From a virus (lineage: Duplodnaviria; Caudoviricetes): a stretch of DNA of 64,000 nt. Below the pieces are notes generated by a model. The model did no database searches and was not told the DNA's origin. It worked only from the letters and a program-made list of their open reading frames with translations. Position numbers and translations under genes: made by a program. Shown in pieces: positions 39,507 through 48,920 of this stretch. Location: positions 192,001 through 256,000 of the IMG/VR virus record IMGVR_UViG_3300028805_000037; one strand, given 5' to 3'. The first letter of the stretch is position 1, and each line of letters opens with the position of its first letter.

Positions 39507-39959
39507 ATGAAGTGGATAAAAATAATAGCAATGTCTAAAAATTTAAAAGATATAAAAAGAGATTTAGGTGATGGACGTTCTGTAAAATTTGCAGATCATT
39601 GTTGCAAAATAATTGTTACAAATGGTAGAGTATATTTTGAACATTGGACAAATGAAATTTATGGTTTTTGTTCTTGGATTATGACAACAACAATAAAACC
39701 AGATAATAGAAAGATTGATTTAAAAATGATAAATGAATATTTTTTTGGAAGTTGTTGTGATACATTAAATACATTTAAAATTTGTTTAAAATTACAAAAT
39801 TCAATTGAAAATAAAAATAATAAGTGGGATGAATCTAATGATGAAGTTTTATTTGAAAATTATAGAAATTTTTGTAAACAAATAGCAATATATCTTAATA
39901 AAAATATTTTAACTCCAAATGATGTAAGAGATTTTGCAATTAAATATTTAATTAAATGA
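39507..39959 (+). CDS. hypothetical protein with MKWIKIIA leader
   Basis: AAGGAG RBS; HCCKII...HWTNEI. Confidence 0.75.
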   Translation: MKWIKIIAMSKNLKDIKRDLGDGRSVKFADHCCKIIVTNGRVYFEHWTNEIYGFCSWIMTTTIKPDNRKIDLKMINEYFFGSCCDTLNTFKICLKLQNSIENKNNKWDESNDEVLFENYRNFCKQIAIYLNKNILTPNDVRDFAIKYLIK

Positions 39960-39984
39960 AAATTTTATATAATATATTATAAAA
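39959..39984 (+). promoter_or_regulatory. phage promoter class B
   Basis: exact motif. Confidence 0.7.
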
Positions 39985-40012
39985 TTAATCAAAATAATTA
40001 AAGGAGAAAACA

Positions 40013-40513
40013 ATGGAAGAAAATAAAAAAGAAGTAGTAAATAATGAAGAAAAAACAAGATTTGAAAAATTTAGTGAAACAGATAAAGTTAAAGAGTTAT
40101 TAAAACCAATACAAACAAATTGTCCACATTATAATTTAGTTGTAGGTTTAAAAGCTTTATTTACAAGAGCTAAAAATTATGAATTTACAGATAAGTGGAT
40201 TAAAGAAACTGAAGGTAAAATTGATGAACATACTAAAAAAGCAACAAAAGAATTACAAGATGTTAATAAATTACTTGATGATTGGTTTTTTAATTTTACT
40301 AAAGCAACTTTAACATTTTGTGAAACTGAAAAAGCACAAAAATCTAATAAAGATGTTGAAGCTGTAATAATTGATGTTAATGAAAAAGTTCAATCTGCAG
40401 AATTTCATAATAAATGTGTAGAATTAGCTAAAAAAATAAGACAATGGGTAAATGCTACACAAATTGGTATGAATCATGAAGTAATATTTGAAACTATATC
40501 ACTTTTTGCATAA
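40013..40513 (+). CDS. hypothetical protein
   Basis: AAGGAG RBS. Confidence 0.75.
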   Translation: MEENKKEVVNNEEKTRFEKFSETDKVKELLKPIQTNCPHYNLVVGLKALFTRAKNYEFTDKWIKETEGKIDEHTKKATKELQDVNKLLDDWFFNFTKATLTFCETEKAQKSNKDVEAVIIDVNEKVQSAEFHNKCVELAKKIRQWVNATQIGMNHEVIFETISLFA

Positions 40514-40517
40514 ATAG

Positions 40518-40546
40518 TTTACTTTTAGTAAAAAATTTATTATAAT
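40518..40546 (+). promoter_or_regulatory. sigma70-type promoter (class A)
   Basis: TTTACT-N17-TATAAT. Confidence 0.7.
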
Positions 40547-40585
40547 ATTTATATAAAATAAATTTTTGCTAAAAGGAGAATAAGA

Positions 40586-41902
40586 ATGATTTTATTAACT
40601 TTATTAGAAAAGATTCAAAATTTTGTTGATGAAGTAAATCAAAGTAATAGTGGAACTTATAAAAAACAAGTTCTACAAAAATATTTTGATTATGATTTTA
40701 AAAGATTTTTTAGTTATATTTTTGATTATGATAAACAATTTAATATAACATCAAAATCAATATTAAAATATGAAAATAGTAAACAATTAGAATTATTAGA
40801 TACATATAAATATGATTATTTATTTGATTTATTAGATGCATTAAATTCTAGAAAAGTAACTGGGCATAATGCAATTAAAACTTGTTTAGATTTTATTAAT
40901 GATAATATTAAATATAAAGATTTAATATTAAAAATTATAGATAAAAAATTAGATATTGGAATAAGTGATACTACTATTAATAAATTATATCCTAGTACTG
41001 TAAAAGAATTTAATGTAGCATTAGCTGGAAAATGGTCTGAAAAATTTCCATTAGATGATACATATTTTATAAGTAGAAAATTAGATGGAGTAAGATGTAT
41101 ATGTTTTTATAATCATCCTTATAATATTCAATTTTATTCAAGACAAGGTAAAGAATTTACAACATTAAATGTATTAAAAGAAAAACTAAGTCAATGTAAG
41201 AATATTCCAAATAACACAGTTTTTGATGGTGAAATTTGTATTGTAGATGAAAATGGAAATGAAGATTTTCAAGGTATAATTAAAGAAATAAAAAGAAAAG
41301 ATTATACAATTAAAAATCCATGTTATATGATATTTGATGTTTTAACTAAAGATGAGTTTGAAATGAAAGAGCAATCACAATGGTTAAAATGGAGAATTGG
41401 AAATTTAACATCTTTATTTAATGATAATGAATTATTAAGAACAAATAACTTTAAACAAGTAACACAATATCAGTATACTTCAGATACATTACAAATGTTA
41501 AAAGAAAAGGCTAATAAAGAAGGTTGGGAAGGTTTAATGTTTAGAAAAAATGTATCATATAAAGGAACAAGAAGTAATGATTTATTAAAATATAAAGAAT
41601 TTAATGAAAATGATTATAAAGTTATAGATGTTGAAGTTAGTGAAGTTCAAGATGTTGTTAATGGTATTGCTACAAAAATTCCTGCAATTGGAGCTTTAAT
41701 AATAGAACATAAAGGTAATAAAGTTCATGTTGGAACAGGTTTATCATTGGAACAAAGAAAAAGATGGTTAGAGCATCCTGAAGAAATAGTTGGTTCTATG
41801 ATAAATGTAAAATATTTTGAAGAATCATTAAGTCAAGATGGAAGTTACTCATTAAGATTTCCAGTTTTAAAAGGTGTATATGGAAAACAGAGAGATATTT
41901 AA
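40586..41902 (+). CDS. ATP-dependent DNA ligase
   Basis: KLDGVRC, SRQGK, FDGEI, IFDVL, WEGLMFR, LLKYK, SLRFPV. Confidence 0.95.
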   Translation: MILLTLLEKIQNFVDEVNQSNSGTYKKQVLQKYFDYDFKRFFSYIFDYDKQFNITSKSILKYENSKQLELLDTYKYDYLFDLLDALNSRKVTGHNAIKTCLDFINDNIKYKDLILKIIDKKLDIGISDTTINKLYPSTVKEFNVALAGKWSEKFPLDDTYFISRKLDGVRCICFYNHPYNIQFYSRQGKEFTTLNVLKEKLSQCKNIPNNTVFDGEICIVDENGNEDFQGIIKEIKRKDYTIKNPCYMIFDVLTKDEFEMKEQSQWLKWRIGNLTSLFNDNELLRTNNFKQVTQYQYTSDTLQMLKEKANKEGWEGLMFRKNVSYKGTRSNDLLKYKEFNENDYKVIDVEVSEVQDVVNGIATKIPAIGALIIEHKGNKVHVGTGLSLEQRKRWLEHPEEIVGSMINVKYFEESLSQDGSYSLRFPVLKGVYGKQRDI

Positions 41903-41903
41903 A

Positions 41904-42284
41904 ATGACTATTGATAATGATAATGAAAACAATAATTATATAGAAAATGGGAAAATTTTGTATAATATGTTTATAGGATCAGTACCGCAATTTATTGATA
42001 TAATTATTGATAATATTAGAAAATTGAATATTAAAGAAGACGATGATAGTTTATTTGATATTACAATAGATATACAAGAATATGTAACTATAATACAAAG
42101 TAAAATTAGTATTATACAATATTATTTAAATCAACTTGAATATAATATTGATATTAGAGTTAAAGAAAATTATCCTAATACAAAGGTAATATTTAAACAA
42201 GTAGATAAATATATAATTCAAGATTTACAAGATGTAAAATTTCTTATATTTTGTGAATATCATAAAAATTTAGGACATGCATAG
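41904..42284 (+). CDS. hypothetical protein
   Basis: ORF downstream of ligase. Confidence 0.6.
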   Translation: MTIDNDNENNNYIENGKILYNMFIGSVPQFIDIIIDNIRKLNIKEDDDSLFDITIDIQEYVTIIQSKISIIQYYLNQLEYNIDIRVKENYPNTKVIFKQVDKYIIQDLQDVKFLIFCEYHKNLGHA

Positions 42285-42292
42285 GAGTAATA

Positions 42293-42922
42293 ATGGAAAA
42301 TAAAAAAGATTGGACAGGTGGTTCAAGATCAACATATAGTATTTTAGCAGCTTCTTCACATAGTGATACTAAAAGAGAAATTAATGATTATTATGCTACT
42401 AATCCTCGAATGGCTGAGGAATTATTAAAATTTTTACCACAATTAAATAATATTTGGGAACCAGCTTGTGGTGAAGGACATTTAGCAAAAATATTTGAAA
42501 AATATAATAAATTGAAATTAGCATCTGATTTAATTGATAGGGGTTATCATAGTTCAACTTGTGGAAAAGATTTTGATTTTTTAAATTTAGATAATAGTAA
42601 TAATAGTAAATATAATGGTGATATAGTTACAAATCCGCCATATAAATATGCATTAAAATTTGTTGAAAAGGCTTTAAGTATAATTGAATCTGGAAGATAT
42701 GTTTGTATGTTTTTAAAAATACAATTTTTAGAAGGTAAATCAAGAAGAATATTATATGATAAAGAACCACCAAAATATATTTTAGTATCAACTAATCGTG
42801 TTGAATGTGCTAAAAATGGTAAACCAATAAGTGAAAATTGGACAGCATCTGCAGTGTGTTTTGCTTGGTTTATTTGGCAAAAAGATTATAAAGGTGATAC
42901 TATTATAAAATGGTTTAATTAA
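42293..42922 (+). CDS. amino-DNA methyltransferase (probably N6-adenine)
   Basis: DYYAT, WEPACGEG (SAM-binding), TNPPY. Confidence 0.88.
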   Translation: MENKKDWTGGSRSTYSILAASSHSDTKREINDYYATNPRMAEELLKFLPQLNNIWEPACGEGHLAKIFEKYNKLKLASDLIDRGYHSSTCGKDFDFLNLDNSNNSKYNGDIVTNPPYKYALKFVEKALSIIESGRYVCMFLKIQFLEGKSRRILYDKEPPKYILVSTNRVECAKNGKPISENWTASAVCFAWFIWQKDYKGDTIIKWFN

Positions 42923-42931
42923 GGAGGAATA

Positions 42932-43216
42932 ATGGAAATAGTTTATTTAATTAGTTATTTAATAACAAAATATGAAAAACCAAAATTTAATTATATGTTA
43001 TTTTATGATGAACCAGCATTAATGGACACATTATGTTCTATTATTGAACATGAAAAAGATGAAAATCTTAATCCAGACGATATAGTTATTTTATCTATTA
43101 ATCCTATATATAATGATTTAGATGAATATGAAGAGCAAAATACAGAAGATCAATGTGATTGTGAACATTGTGATGAAATAGATTGTAAAAATAGAAAAAA
43201 TAAAATTTTAAATTAA
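42932..43216 (+). CDS. hypothetical acidic protein
   Basis: AAGGAGG RBS. Confidence 0.65.
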   Translation: MEIVYLISYLITKYEKPKFNYMLFYDEPALMDTLCSIIEHEKDENLNPDDIVILSINPIYNDLDEYEEQNTEDQCDCEHCDEIDCKNRKNKILN

Positions 43217-43227
43217 GGAGAAATAAA

Positions 43228-43683
43228 ATGAGCTTTGTAGTAGAAGAACAATATCTAACATTAAAATTTCAAAAATTGACAGAAAATGCAAAAACCCCAG
43301 TAAGAGGAACTAAATTTTCTTCTGGTTTAGATGTTTTTTCAACTGGAGATTATGATATTCCAGCAAGAGGAGATGTTTTAATTCCATTAGATTTAAGATT
43401 TGAAATTCCTATAGGTTGGGATTTATCAGTATATAATAAATCAGGTATGTCAACAAAATTAAAATTAGATAAAGGTGCAGAATTAATTGATTCAGATTAT
43501 CGTGGTAATTGTCATGTGCATTTATTTAATAATTCAGATAATGTTATACATATAGAAAAAGGGCAAAAAATAGCGCAATTAGTAATGAGAAAAGTTTGGT
43601 TAGGAAATGTTGAAGAAGTAAAAGAAATATCTACTGATACAAGTAGAGGTCAAGGTGGTTTTGGATCAACTGGAAAATTTTAA
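43228..43683 (+). CDS. dut: trimeric dUTPase
   Basis: SGLD, KSG, IDSDYRG, KIAQ, RGQGGFGSTG. Confidence 0.93.
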   Translation: MSFVVEEQYLTLKFQKLTENAKTPVRGTKFSSGLDVFSTGDYDIPARGDVLIPLDLRFEIPIGWDLSVYNKSGMSTKLKLDKGAELIDSDYRGNCHVHLFNNSDNVIHIEKGQKIAQLVMRKVWLGNVEEVKEISTDTSRGQGGFGSTGKF

Positions 43684-43696
43684 TAAGGAGAAAACA

Positions 43697-43933
43697 ATGT
43701 TTAAATGTGATAATTGTAATGAAAGCTTTAGACAGCCACATAGAGTAGTAGCAGAAACTAGAGTAAAAATTTATGAAAATGTTTATCCTAAAAAAGCTAA
43801 AAAATTTATGAATTTTACAAAAGGTCAACAAAACTTAAATGAGTTGCAATTTGCAAGAGGAACAGAAATTGTAAAAGAATTAAATTTATGTGATAAATGT
43901 TTTAAAGATTTAGGATATGATGTAAAAAAATAA
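43697..43933 (+). CDS. Zn-finger hypothetical protein
   Basis: CDNC...CDKC; start after AAGGAG. Confidence 0.7.
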   Translation: MFKCDNCNESFRQPHRVVAETRVKIYENVYPKKAKKFMNFTKGQQNLNELQFARGTEIVKELNLCDKCFKDLGYDVKK

Positions 43934-43956
43934 AATTTTATATAATATATTATAAA
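43932..43956 (+). promoter_or_regulatory. phage promoter class B heading the DNA-modification operon
   Basis: AAAATTTTATATAATATATTATAAA. Confidence 0.7.
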
Positions 43957-43979
43957 CATATATTTAAGGAGAAAATAAA

Positions 43980-44270
43980 ATGAGATTAATTTCAAAAATT
44001 TACAAAGCAAGAGTAGCAGGAACACCATCAGTAGTAGTAAATCTTTTAGATTTTAAACAAAAACCATTATTAAATGGTGAAAAGAAAACTGAAAATGATT
44101 GGACCATTAGATTAGGTGATTATTTTAATATTGATGAAAGAGTAATAACACTACCTAAAGATAGAGAATTAAAACCTGAAATAATAGTACTTAAATCTAA
44201 TAAAGAAGATTTAGATAAATTATTTAAAGATGTACAATTAGCTTTAAAATTAGCAAAAAGGATAAAATAA
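43980..44270 (+). CDS. hypothetical protein
   Basis: AAGGAG RBS. Confidence 0.7.
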   Translation: MRLISKIYKARVAGTPSVVVNLLDFKQKPLLNGEKKTENDWTIRLGDYFNIDERVITLPKDRELKPEIIVLKSNKEDLDKLFKDVQLALKLAKRIK

Positions 44271-44272
44271 AA

Positions 44273-44836
44273 ATGAATAACAATATATTGTGGTTAGATA
44301 CTGAAACAACTGGAATTGATCCGAATAAAAATTTTTTAATTCAGTTATCTTATATAAGTACATTAAATAATAATATAAAATTTGATAATGATTTATATAT
44401 GAGACCACAATATATTGAAAAATTTGAAATAGAACAAAGTGCACTTGATAAAAATAAAATAACAGTAGAACAAATTAAAAATTTTGAATTAGAAGATAAA
44501 CAAATAAAAATTTTTCTTAATGATTTAACATCAAGTTGTGGAAAATTTTATTTAGCGGGTTATAATGTAAAATTTGATATAGAGTTTTTAACAGCAATTT
44601 TTGCAAGACAAAATCTAAATTTACATTATTATTTTAATTATTTATATCTTGATGTAATGCAATTAGTTATAAATTTAAAATTAGCAGGAAAAATCAATCC
44701 AGAAAATTGTAAATTACAAACAGTTTTACAATATTTTAATCTTATAGAAGATATAAGTGTTTTGCATAATGCAAAACAAGATATAGTATGTACTAAAATG
44801 CTATATGATTTTCTTATAAATAAATTCAATATTTAA
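44273..44836 (+). CDS. DnaQ-like DEDDh 3'-5' exonuclease
   Basis: LDTETTG, GYNVKFD, LHNAKQD. Confidence 0.92.
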   Translation: MNNNILWLDTETTGIDPNKNFLIQLSYISTLNNNIKFDNDLYMRPQYIEKFEIEQSALDKNKITVEQIKNFELEDKQIKIFLNDLTSSCGKFYLAGYNVKFDIEFLTAIFARQNLNLHYYFNYLYLDVMQLVINLKLAGKINPENCKLQTVLQYFNLIEDISVLHNAKQDIVCTKMLYDFLINKFNI

Positions 44837-44838
44837 AA

Positions 44839-45339
44839 ATGAATAAAATAATTATAATAGAAGGTATATCACGTGTAGGTAAAACTACATTATGTAATAA
44901 AATTAATAAATTATATAATATACCAATATATAAACATAATAATAAAATAATAAATTATTCTGAAATGAATGATAAAAATGAAGTAGAAAAAATGATGGTT
45001 ATGTTAGACGTATATAGAACTATACCATCAAATATAATATTTGATAGATTTCATTTTTCAAATGCAGTTTATGGTATTTTATTAAGAAATTATGATGTTA
45101 ATGAATCTATTAATAATATTAAAAAGATTGAAAAATATATTAAATCTGTGAATTCTAGATGTATTTTAATTAAAGTTAGTCCTACAGATATTAAAGAATC
45201 TTCAAGACAATATGGTAGAGATTTAACAGAATTTGAAAATTATTTTCAAAAATTATATAATATATCAATATTAGAAAAATATAATTGTAATTATAATAAT
45301 CAAGATCAATTAATCAAAAAATTAAATTTAGGAGTTTAA
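44839..45339 (+). CDS. dNMP kinase (thymidylate-kinase-like)
   Basis: IEGISRVGKTT, FDRFHFSNAVYG. Confidence 0.88.
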   Translation: MNKIIIIEGISRVGKTTLCNKINKLYNIPIYKHNNKIINYSEMNDKNEVEKMMVMLDVYRTIPSNIIFDRFHFSNAVYGILLRNYDVNESINNIKKIEKYIKSVNSRCILIKVSPTDIKESSRQYGRDLTEFENYFQKLYNISILEKYNCNYNNQDQLIKKLNLGV

Positions 45340-46440
45340 ATGAATATTTTATATTTTTATTGGGGATTTCTTGGTGATGTAAAATATAAACCAAATGGAG
45401 AATTAGGTAGTTTTCCTGATGGTAATGCATTTTATTCTTGGTCAATAATACATGAATTACAAAAAAGAAATAATGATGTATATATTATTGAAGATAGAGA
45501 TAAAATAGGTTATGAAAAGTTTAATAAAGATTTATTTCATTCATTTGCTCAGAATAAAAGATGTGAATGTTATAGAAAATTAAAGATTTTTAATAAAAAT
45601 GTAAAAATAAATTATGCTATAATTGAATGGAGATGGCCAATACCTGGAAGAAATACATTAGATGTTAAAGGTACTAATATTTATCAACCAGATTTAGAAT
45701 ATATGCAAAATTGTATTGATTATTGTAATAATAATAAAATACCATTTATTATTTTTGATTTAGATTATAAATTACAATATGAAGATATAAAGAAGTATGA
45801 TATCAAATATATAATTGAATTAGGTAATAAATGGAATAAACTTTATGGTGATATTAAAGCTACAAGAGTAGAGATACCATTTGATTTTTCTTGTATTAAT
45901 GAAAAACCAATAAAAATGGAAAATTTTGAAAATGATTGTATTTATATTGGTTCACGTTATGAAAGAGATTGGTGTATGCATTATTTACCAAAAGGAACAG
46001 TTGTACATGGTAATTGGTTAGAACCAGGTCATGGAGATCCAGTAAATGAATTTCCAAATTTAGTATTTAAAAAGAGGTTATCAGCATCTGAAATTTTTGA
46101 ACCATATAATAATAGTATAGCAACTGTATTATTAGCTAAAAAAGAATATTGTAGTAAACAATTTATGACAGCACGTATACAAGAAGCAATTTTTTATGGA
46201 ACAGTACCATTATTTATTAGAGAATATGGTAAAGAATTAATTAATAAATATGCTGGAAAATATAGTAACATTTTAGTAGTAGCTTCAGATGAAGATGTTA
46301 AAATGAAAATAGATATATTTAAAACACGTCCAGAATTAAGAAAACAAATAATAATGTATTTACGTAAATATTTAAGATTTATGGATTGCAAATTTTTTGT
46401 TGATGATATACAAGAGTTAATAGGAGTTCAGAATGTATGA
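45340..46440 (+). CDS. GT-B DNA glycosyltransferase, T4 beta-glucosyltransferase-like
   Basis: IIFDLD, DCIYIGSRYER, HGNW, SIATVLLAKKEY..QFMTARIQEA, ELRKQII, colinear with T4 BGT as recalled. Confidence 0.75.
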   Translation: MNILYFYWGFLGDVKYKPNGELGSFPDGNAFYSWSIIHELQKRNNDVYIIEDRDKIGYEKFNKDLFHSFAQNKRCECYRKLKIFNKNVKINYAIIEWRWPIPGRNTLDVKGTNIYQPDLEYMQNCIDYCNNNKIPFIIFDLDYKLQYEDIKKYDIKYIIELGNKWNKLYGDIKATRVEIPFDFSCINEKPIKMENFENDCIYIGSRYERDWCMHYLPKGTVVHGNWLEPGHGDPVNEFPNLVFKKRLSASEIFEPYNNSIATVLLAKKEYCSKQFMTARIQEAIFYGTVPLFIREYGKELINKYAGKYSNILVVASDEDVKMKIDIFKTRPELRKQIIMYLRKYLRFMDCKFFVDDIQELIGVQNV

Positions 46441-48490
46441 TTATCTTATAGTTGGTTCAGGATTATATGGCAGTTTTGCAGCATTTTTGTTAACACAAAA
46501 AGGCAAAAAATGTTTAGTTATTGATAAACGAAATCATATAGGTGGTAATGTATATAATGAAAGAAAAGATGATATAGATATACATATTTATGGACCACAT
46601 ATATTTCATACATCAAATAAAGAATTGTGGAATTTTTTAAATAAATATATTAAATTTAATAATTTTATAAATCAACCATTAGCTATATATAAAAATGAAA
46701 TTTATAATTTACCATTTAATATGAATACATTTTCAAAAATGTGGAATATACAAACTCCAAAACAAGTACAAGAAATTATTTATAAACAAAAGCAAGAAAT
46801 AATAAATGAACCAAAAAATCTTGAAGAACAAGCAATAAGTTTAGTTGGTAGAGATATTTATGAAAAATTAATTAAAGGTTATACTGAAAAACAATGGGGA
46901 AAATCTTGCATAGAATTAGATAAGAATATAATAAAAAGATTACCAGTAAGATATACTTATGATAATAATTATTTTAATGATATATATCAAGGTATACCAA
47001 TTAATGGTTATAATGAACTAATAAATATATTTTTAAGTAAATGTGATGTGAAATTAAATATTAAATTTGATTATAGTAATAAAAAAGAATTAGAGAAATT
47101 AGCAAAAAAAATTATATATACTGGTTCACTTGATGAATTATATAATTATCAACTTGGTAAATTAGAATATAGGTCTTTAAAATTTGATACTTATTCTTTA
47201 CAAGAAGTTAATTATCAAGGTAATGCTGTAATTAATTATACTGAATATGAAATACCTTATACCAGAATTATAGAACATAAACATTTTAATAAATATCAGA
47301 AAGGTTATATAAATCCTATAACATATTTAACAAAAGAATATCCTATTAAATTTGAAGAAGGTTTAGAAAGATTTTATCCAATAAATAATGAAATAAATAA
47401 TCAATTATATCAAAAATATGTTGATTTAATTAATCAAGATAAAAAGTATATTTTTGGTGGTAGATTAGCAGAATATAAATATTATGATATGGATAAAGTT
47501 TTAATTAAATGTAAAGAAGATATAGATAAAATTTTAAAAATTAAAGATAACATTAAAATTAAAACTAGAGTTAAAAAAGAAAAAACAAATGTTATTAGTA
47601 ATGAAGAAATTTTAGGCTATTTAAAACAAACACAAGATATAAATACTTTAGAATATCCTGTATGTATACCAACTGTTCATAATAGAGAAAAATCAGTATT
47701 AAAATTATTAGATAATTTTGGTAATACAAAAATATTTTTATTTATTATACCTAATGAAGTTCAATTATATAATTATTTAAATAAATCAAATATTATTAAA
47801 GTTATATTACCAGAAGAATATGTTGGTTCAATACAAAAAGCAAGAAAATATATACAAGAATATATGGATAAACAAAATATTGATTTATATCATTGTATAG
47901 ATGATGATGTTGTTGGTTTTATGTTAATTAATAAAACAATAGATTGTAGTGTTTCTCAAGGTTTAAGAGTTCTAGAGTTATTTTCAAAAACTATTGAATT
48001 TTCATCATTAAGTTATTGTTTCAATGATATAAGTTGTAAATTTTGGAATGGTGAAAAATATGGTGAAGTTTTAACAGCAGTTCAATATTTATTTAATAAT
48101 AAAAAATTAAAAGAATTAAATTTAAGATTTACTGGACAATCTGATTTAAATGAAGATTTAGAATTTACTGTAAATTCATTGTTATATACTAATCTTCCAA
48201 CAAAAGTTTTAAGATGGGGATTAATAAAACAAGCTTATGCAGCTGGAGGTAAAGATTCAATAGCATCATCAAATAATTTACATTTATTATATCAAACAAA
48301 TAATTATTTAAAATTTGGTAATTATTTAAAATTTCATAAAGATATACGTGGTTTTAGAACAAATATTAATTATAGTAAAATTAAAAAAGATAAAAAGAAT
48401 AATAACATTAAAATAGAATATGATGAAAATTTATATAATATGTGTATAAGCAGAAATTATGAAGGATTAATTAAATATGTACAACAATAA
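46433..48490 (+). CDS. glf: UDP-galactopyranose mutase fused to a GT-A (TAGT/GREB1-like) glycosyltransferase
   Basis: N-terminal GSGLYG, HIGGN, YGPHIFHT, YTEKQWG, YQGIP, RIIEHKHF, GRLAEYKYYDMD; C-terminal (from ~47654) YPVCIPT..R, ARKYI, IDDD, NED, AGG. Confidence 0.9.
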   Translation: MYDYLIVGSGLYGSFAAFLLTQKGKKCLVIDKRNHIGGNVYNERKDDIDIHIYGPHIFHTSNKELWNFLNKYIKFNNFINQPLAIYKNEIYNLPFNMNTFSKMWNIQTPKQVQEIIYKQKQEIINEPKNLEEQAISLVGRDIYEKLIKGYTEKQWGKSCIELDKNIIKRLPVRYTYDNNYFNDIYQGIPINGYNELINIFLSKCDVKLNIKFDYSNKKELEKLAKKIIYTGSLDELYNYQLGKLEYRSLKFDTYSLQEVNYQGNAVINYTEYEIPYTRIIEHKHFNKYQKGYINPITYLTKEYPIKFEEGLERFYPINNEINNQLYQKYVDLINQDKKYIFGGRLAEYKYYDMDKVLIKCKEDIDKILKIKDNIKIKTRVKKEKTNVISNEEILGYLKQTQDINTLEYPVCIPTVHNREKSVLKLLDNFGNTKIFLFIIPNEVQLYNYLNKSNIIKVILPEEYVGSIQKARKYIQEYMDKQNIDLYHCIDDDVVGFMLINKTIDCSVSQGLRVLELFSKTIEFSSLSYCFNDISCKFWNGEKYGEVLTAVQYLFNNKKLKELNLRFTGQSDLNEDLEFTVNSLLYTNLPTKVLRWGLIKQAYAAGGKDSIASSNNLHLLYQTNNYLKFGNYLKFHKDIRGFRTNINYSKIKKDKKNNNIKIEYDENLYNMCISRNYEGLIKYVQQ

Positions 48491-48920
48491 GCAAATAAGA
48501 GAATTTAATTTTTTTATGAAATCAGCTTTATTGGCAGCACAAAATTCTTATGCAATTAGAAATAAAGTTGGTGCCGTATTTGTTAGAGATGGAAGAATTA
48601 TAAGTAGTGGTTGGAACGGTCAGCCTAAAGGTTTTGATAATTGTTGTGAAGAAAAATTAGAAGATGGTTCATTAAAAACATTACCAACAGTTATACATGC
48701 TGAAGCAAATGCGTTATGTTTTTGTGCAAAAAATGGTATATCATTAAAAGATTGTGATGCCTTTATTACATTAAGTCCTTGTATGAATTGTGCATTATTA
48801 TTAATACAAGCTGGTATTAAAAATGTTTATTATTATGAAGATTATAGAGATAATGGTGGTATTAAATTATTAAATAATGTCGGAATTAAATGTGAAAATA
48901 TTAAGGAGTATATTAAATGA
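48477..48920 (+). CDS. dCMP deaminase
   Basis: KVGA, GWNG, HAEANA, LSPCMNC. Confidence 0.93.
   Translation: MYNNKQIREFNFFMKSALLAAQNSYAIRNKVGAVFVRDGRIISSGWNGQPKGFDNCCEEKLEDGSLKTLPTVIHAEANALCFCAKNGISLKDCDAFITLSPCMNCALLLIQAGIKNVYYYEDYRDNGGIKLLNNVGIKCENIKEYIK

Noticed and set aside
46433-47540. glf as a captured host cell-wall/O-antigen gene
   Set aside because: Fused to a DNA-type GT-A domain and embedded among nucleotide-modification genes, with no polysaccharide export or polymerase genes; not formally excluded.
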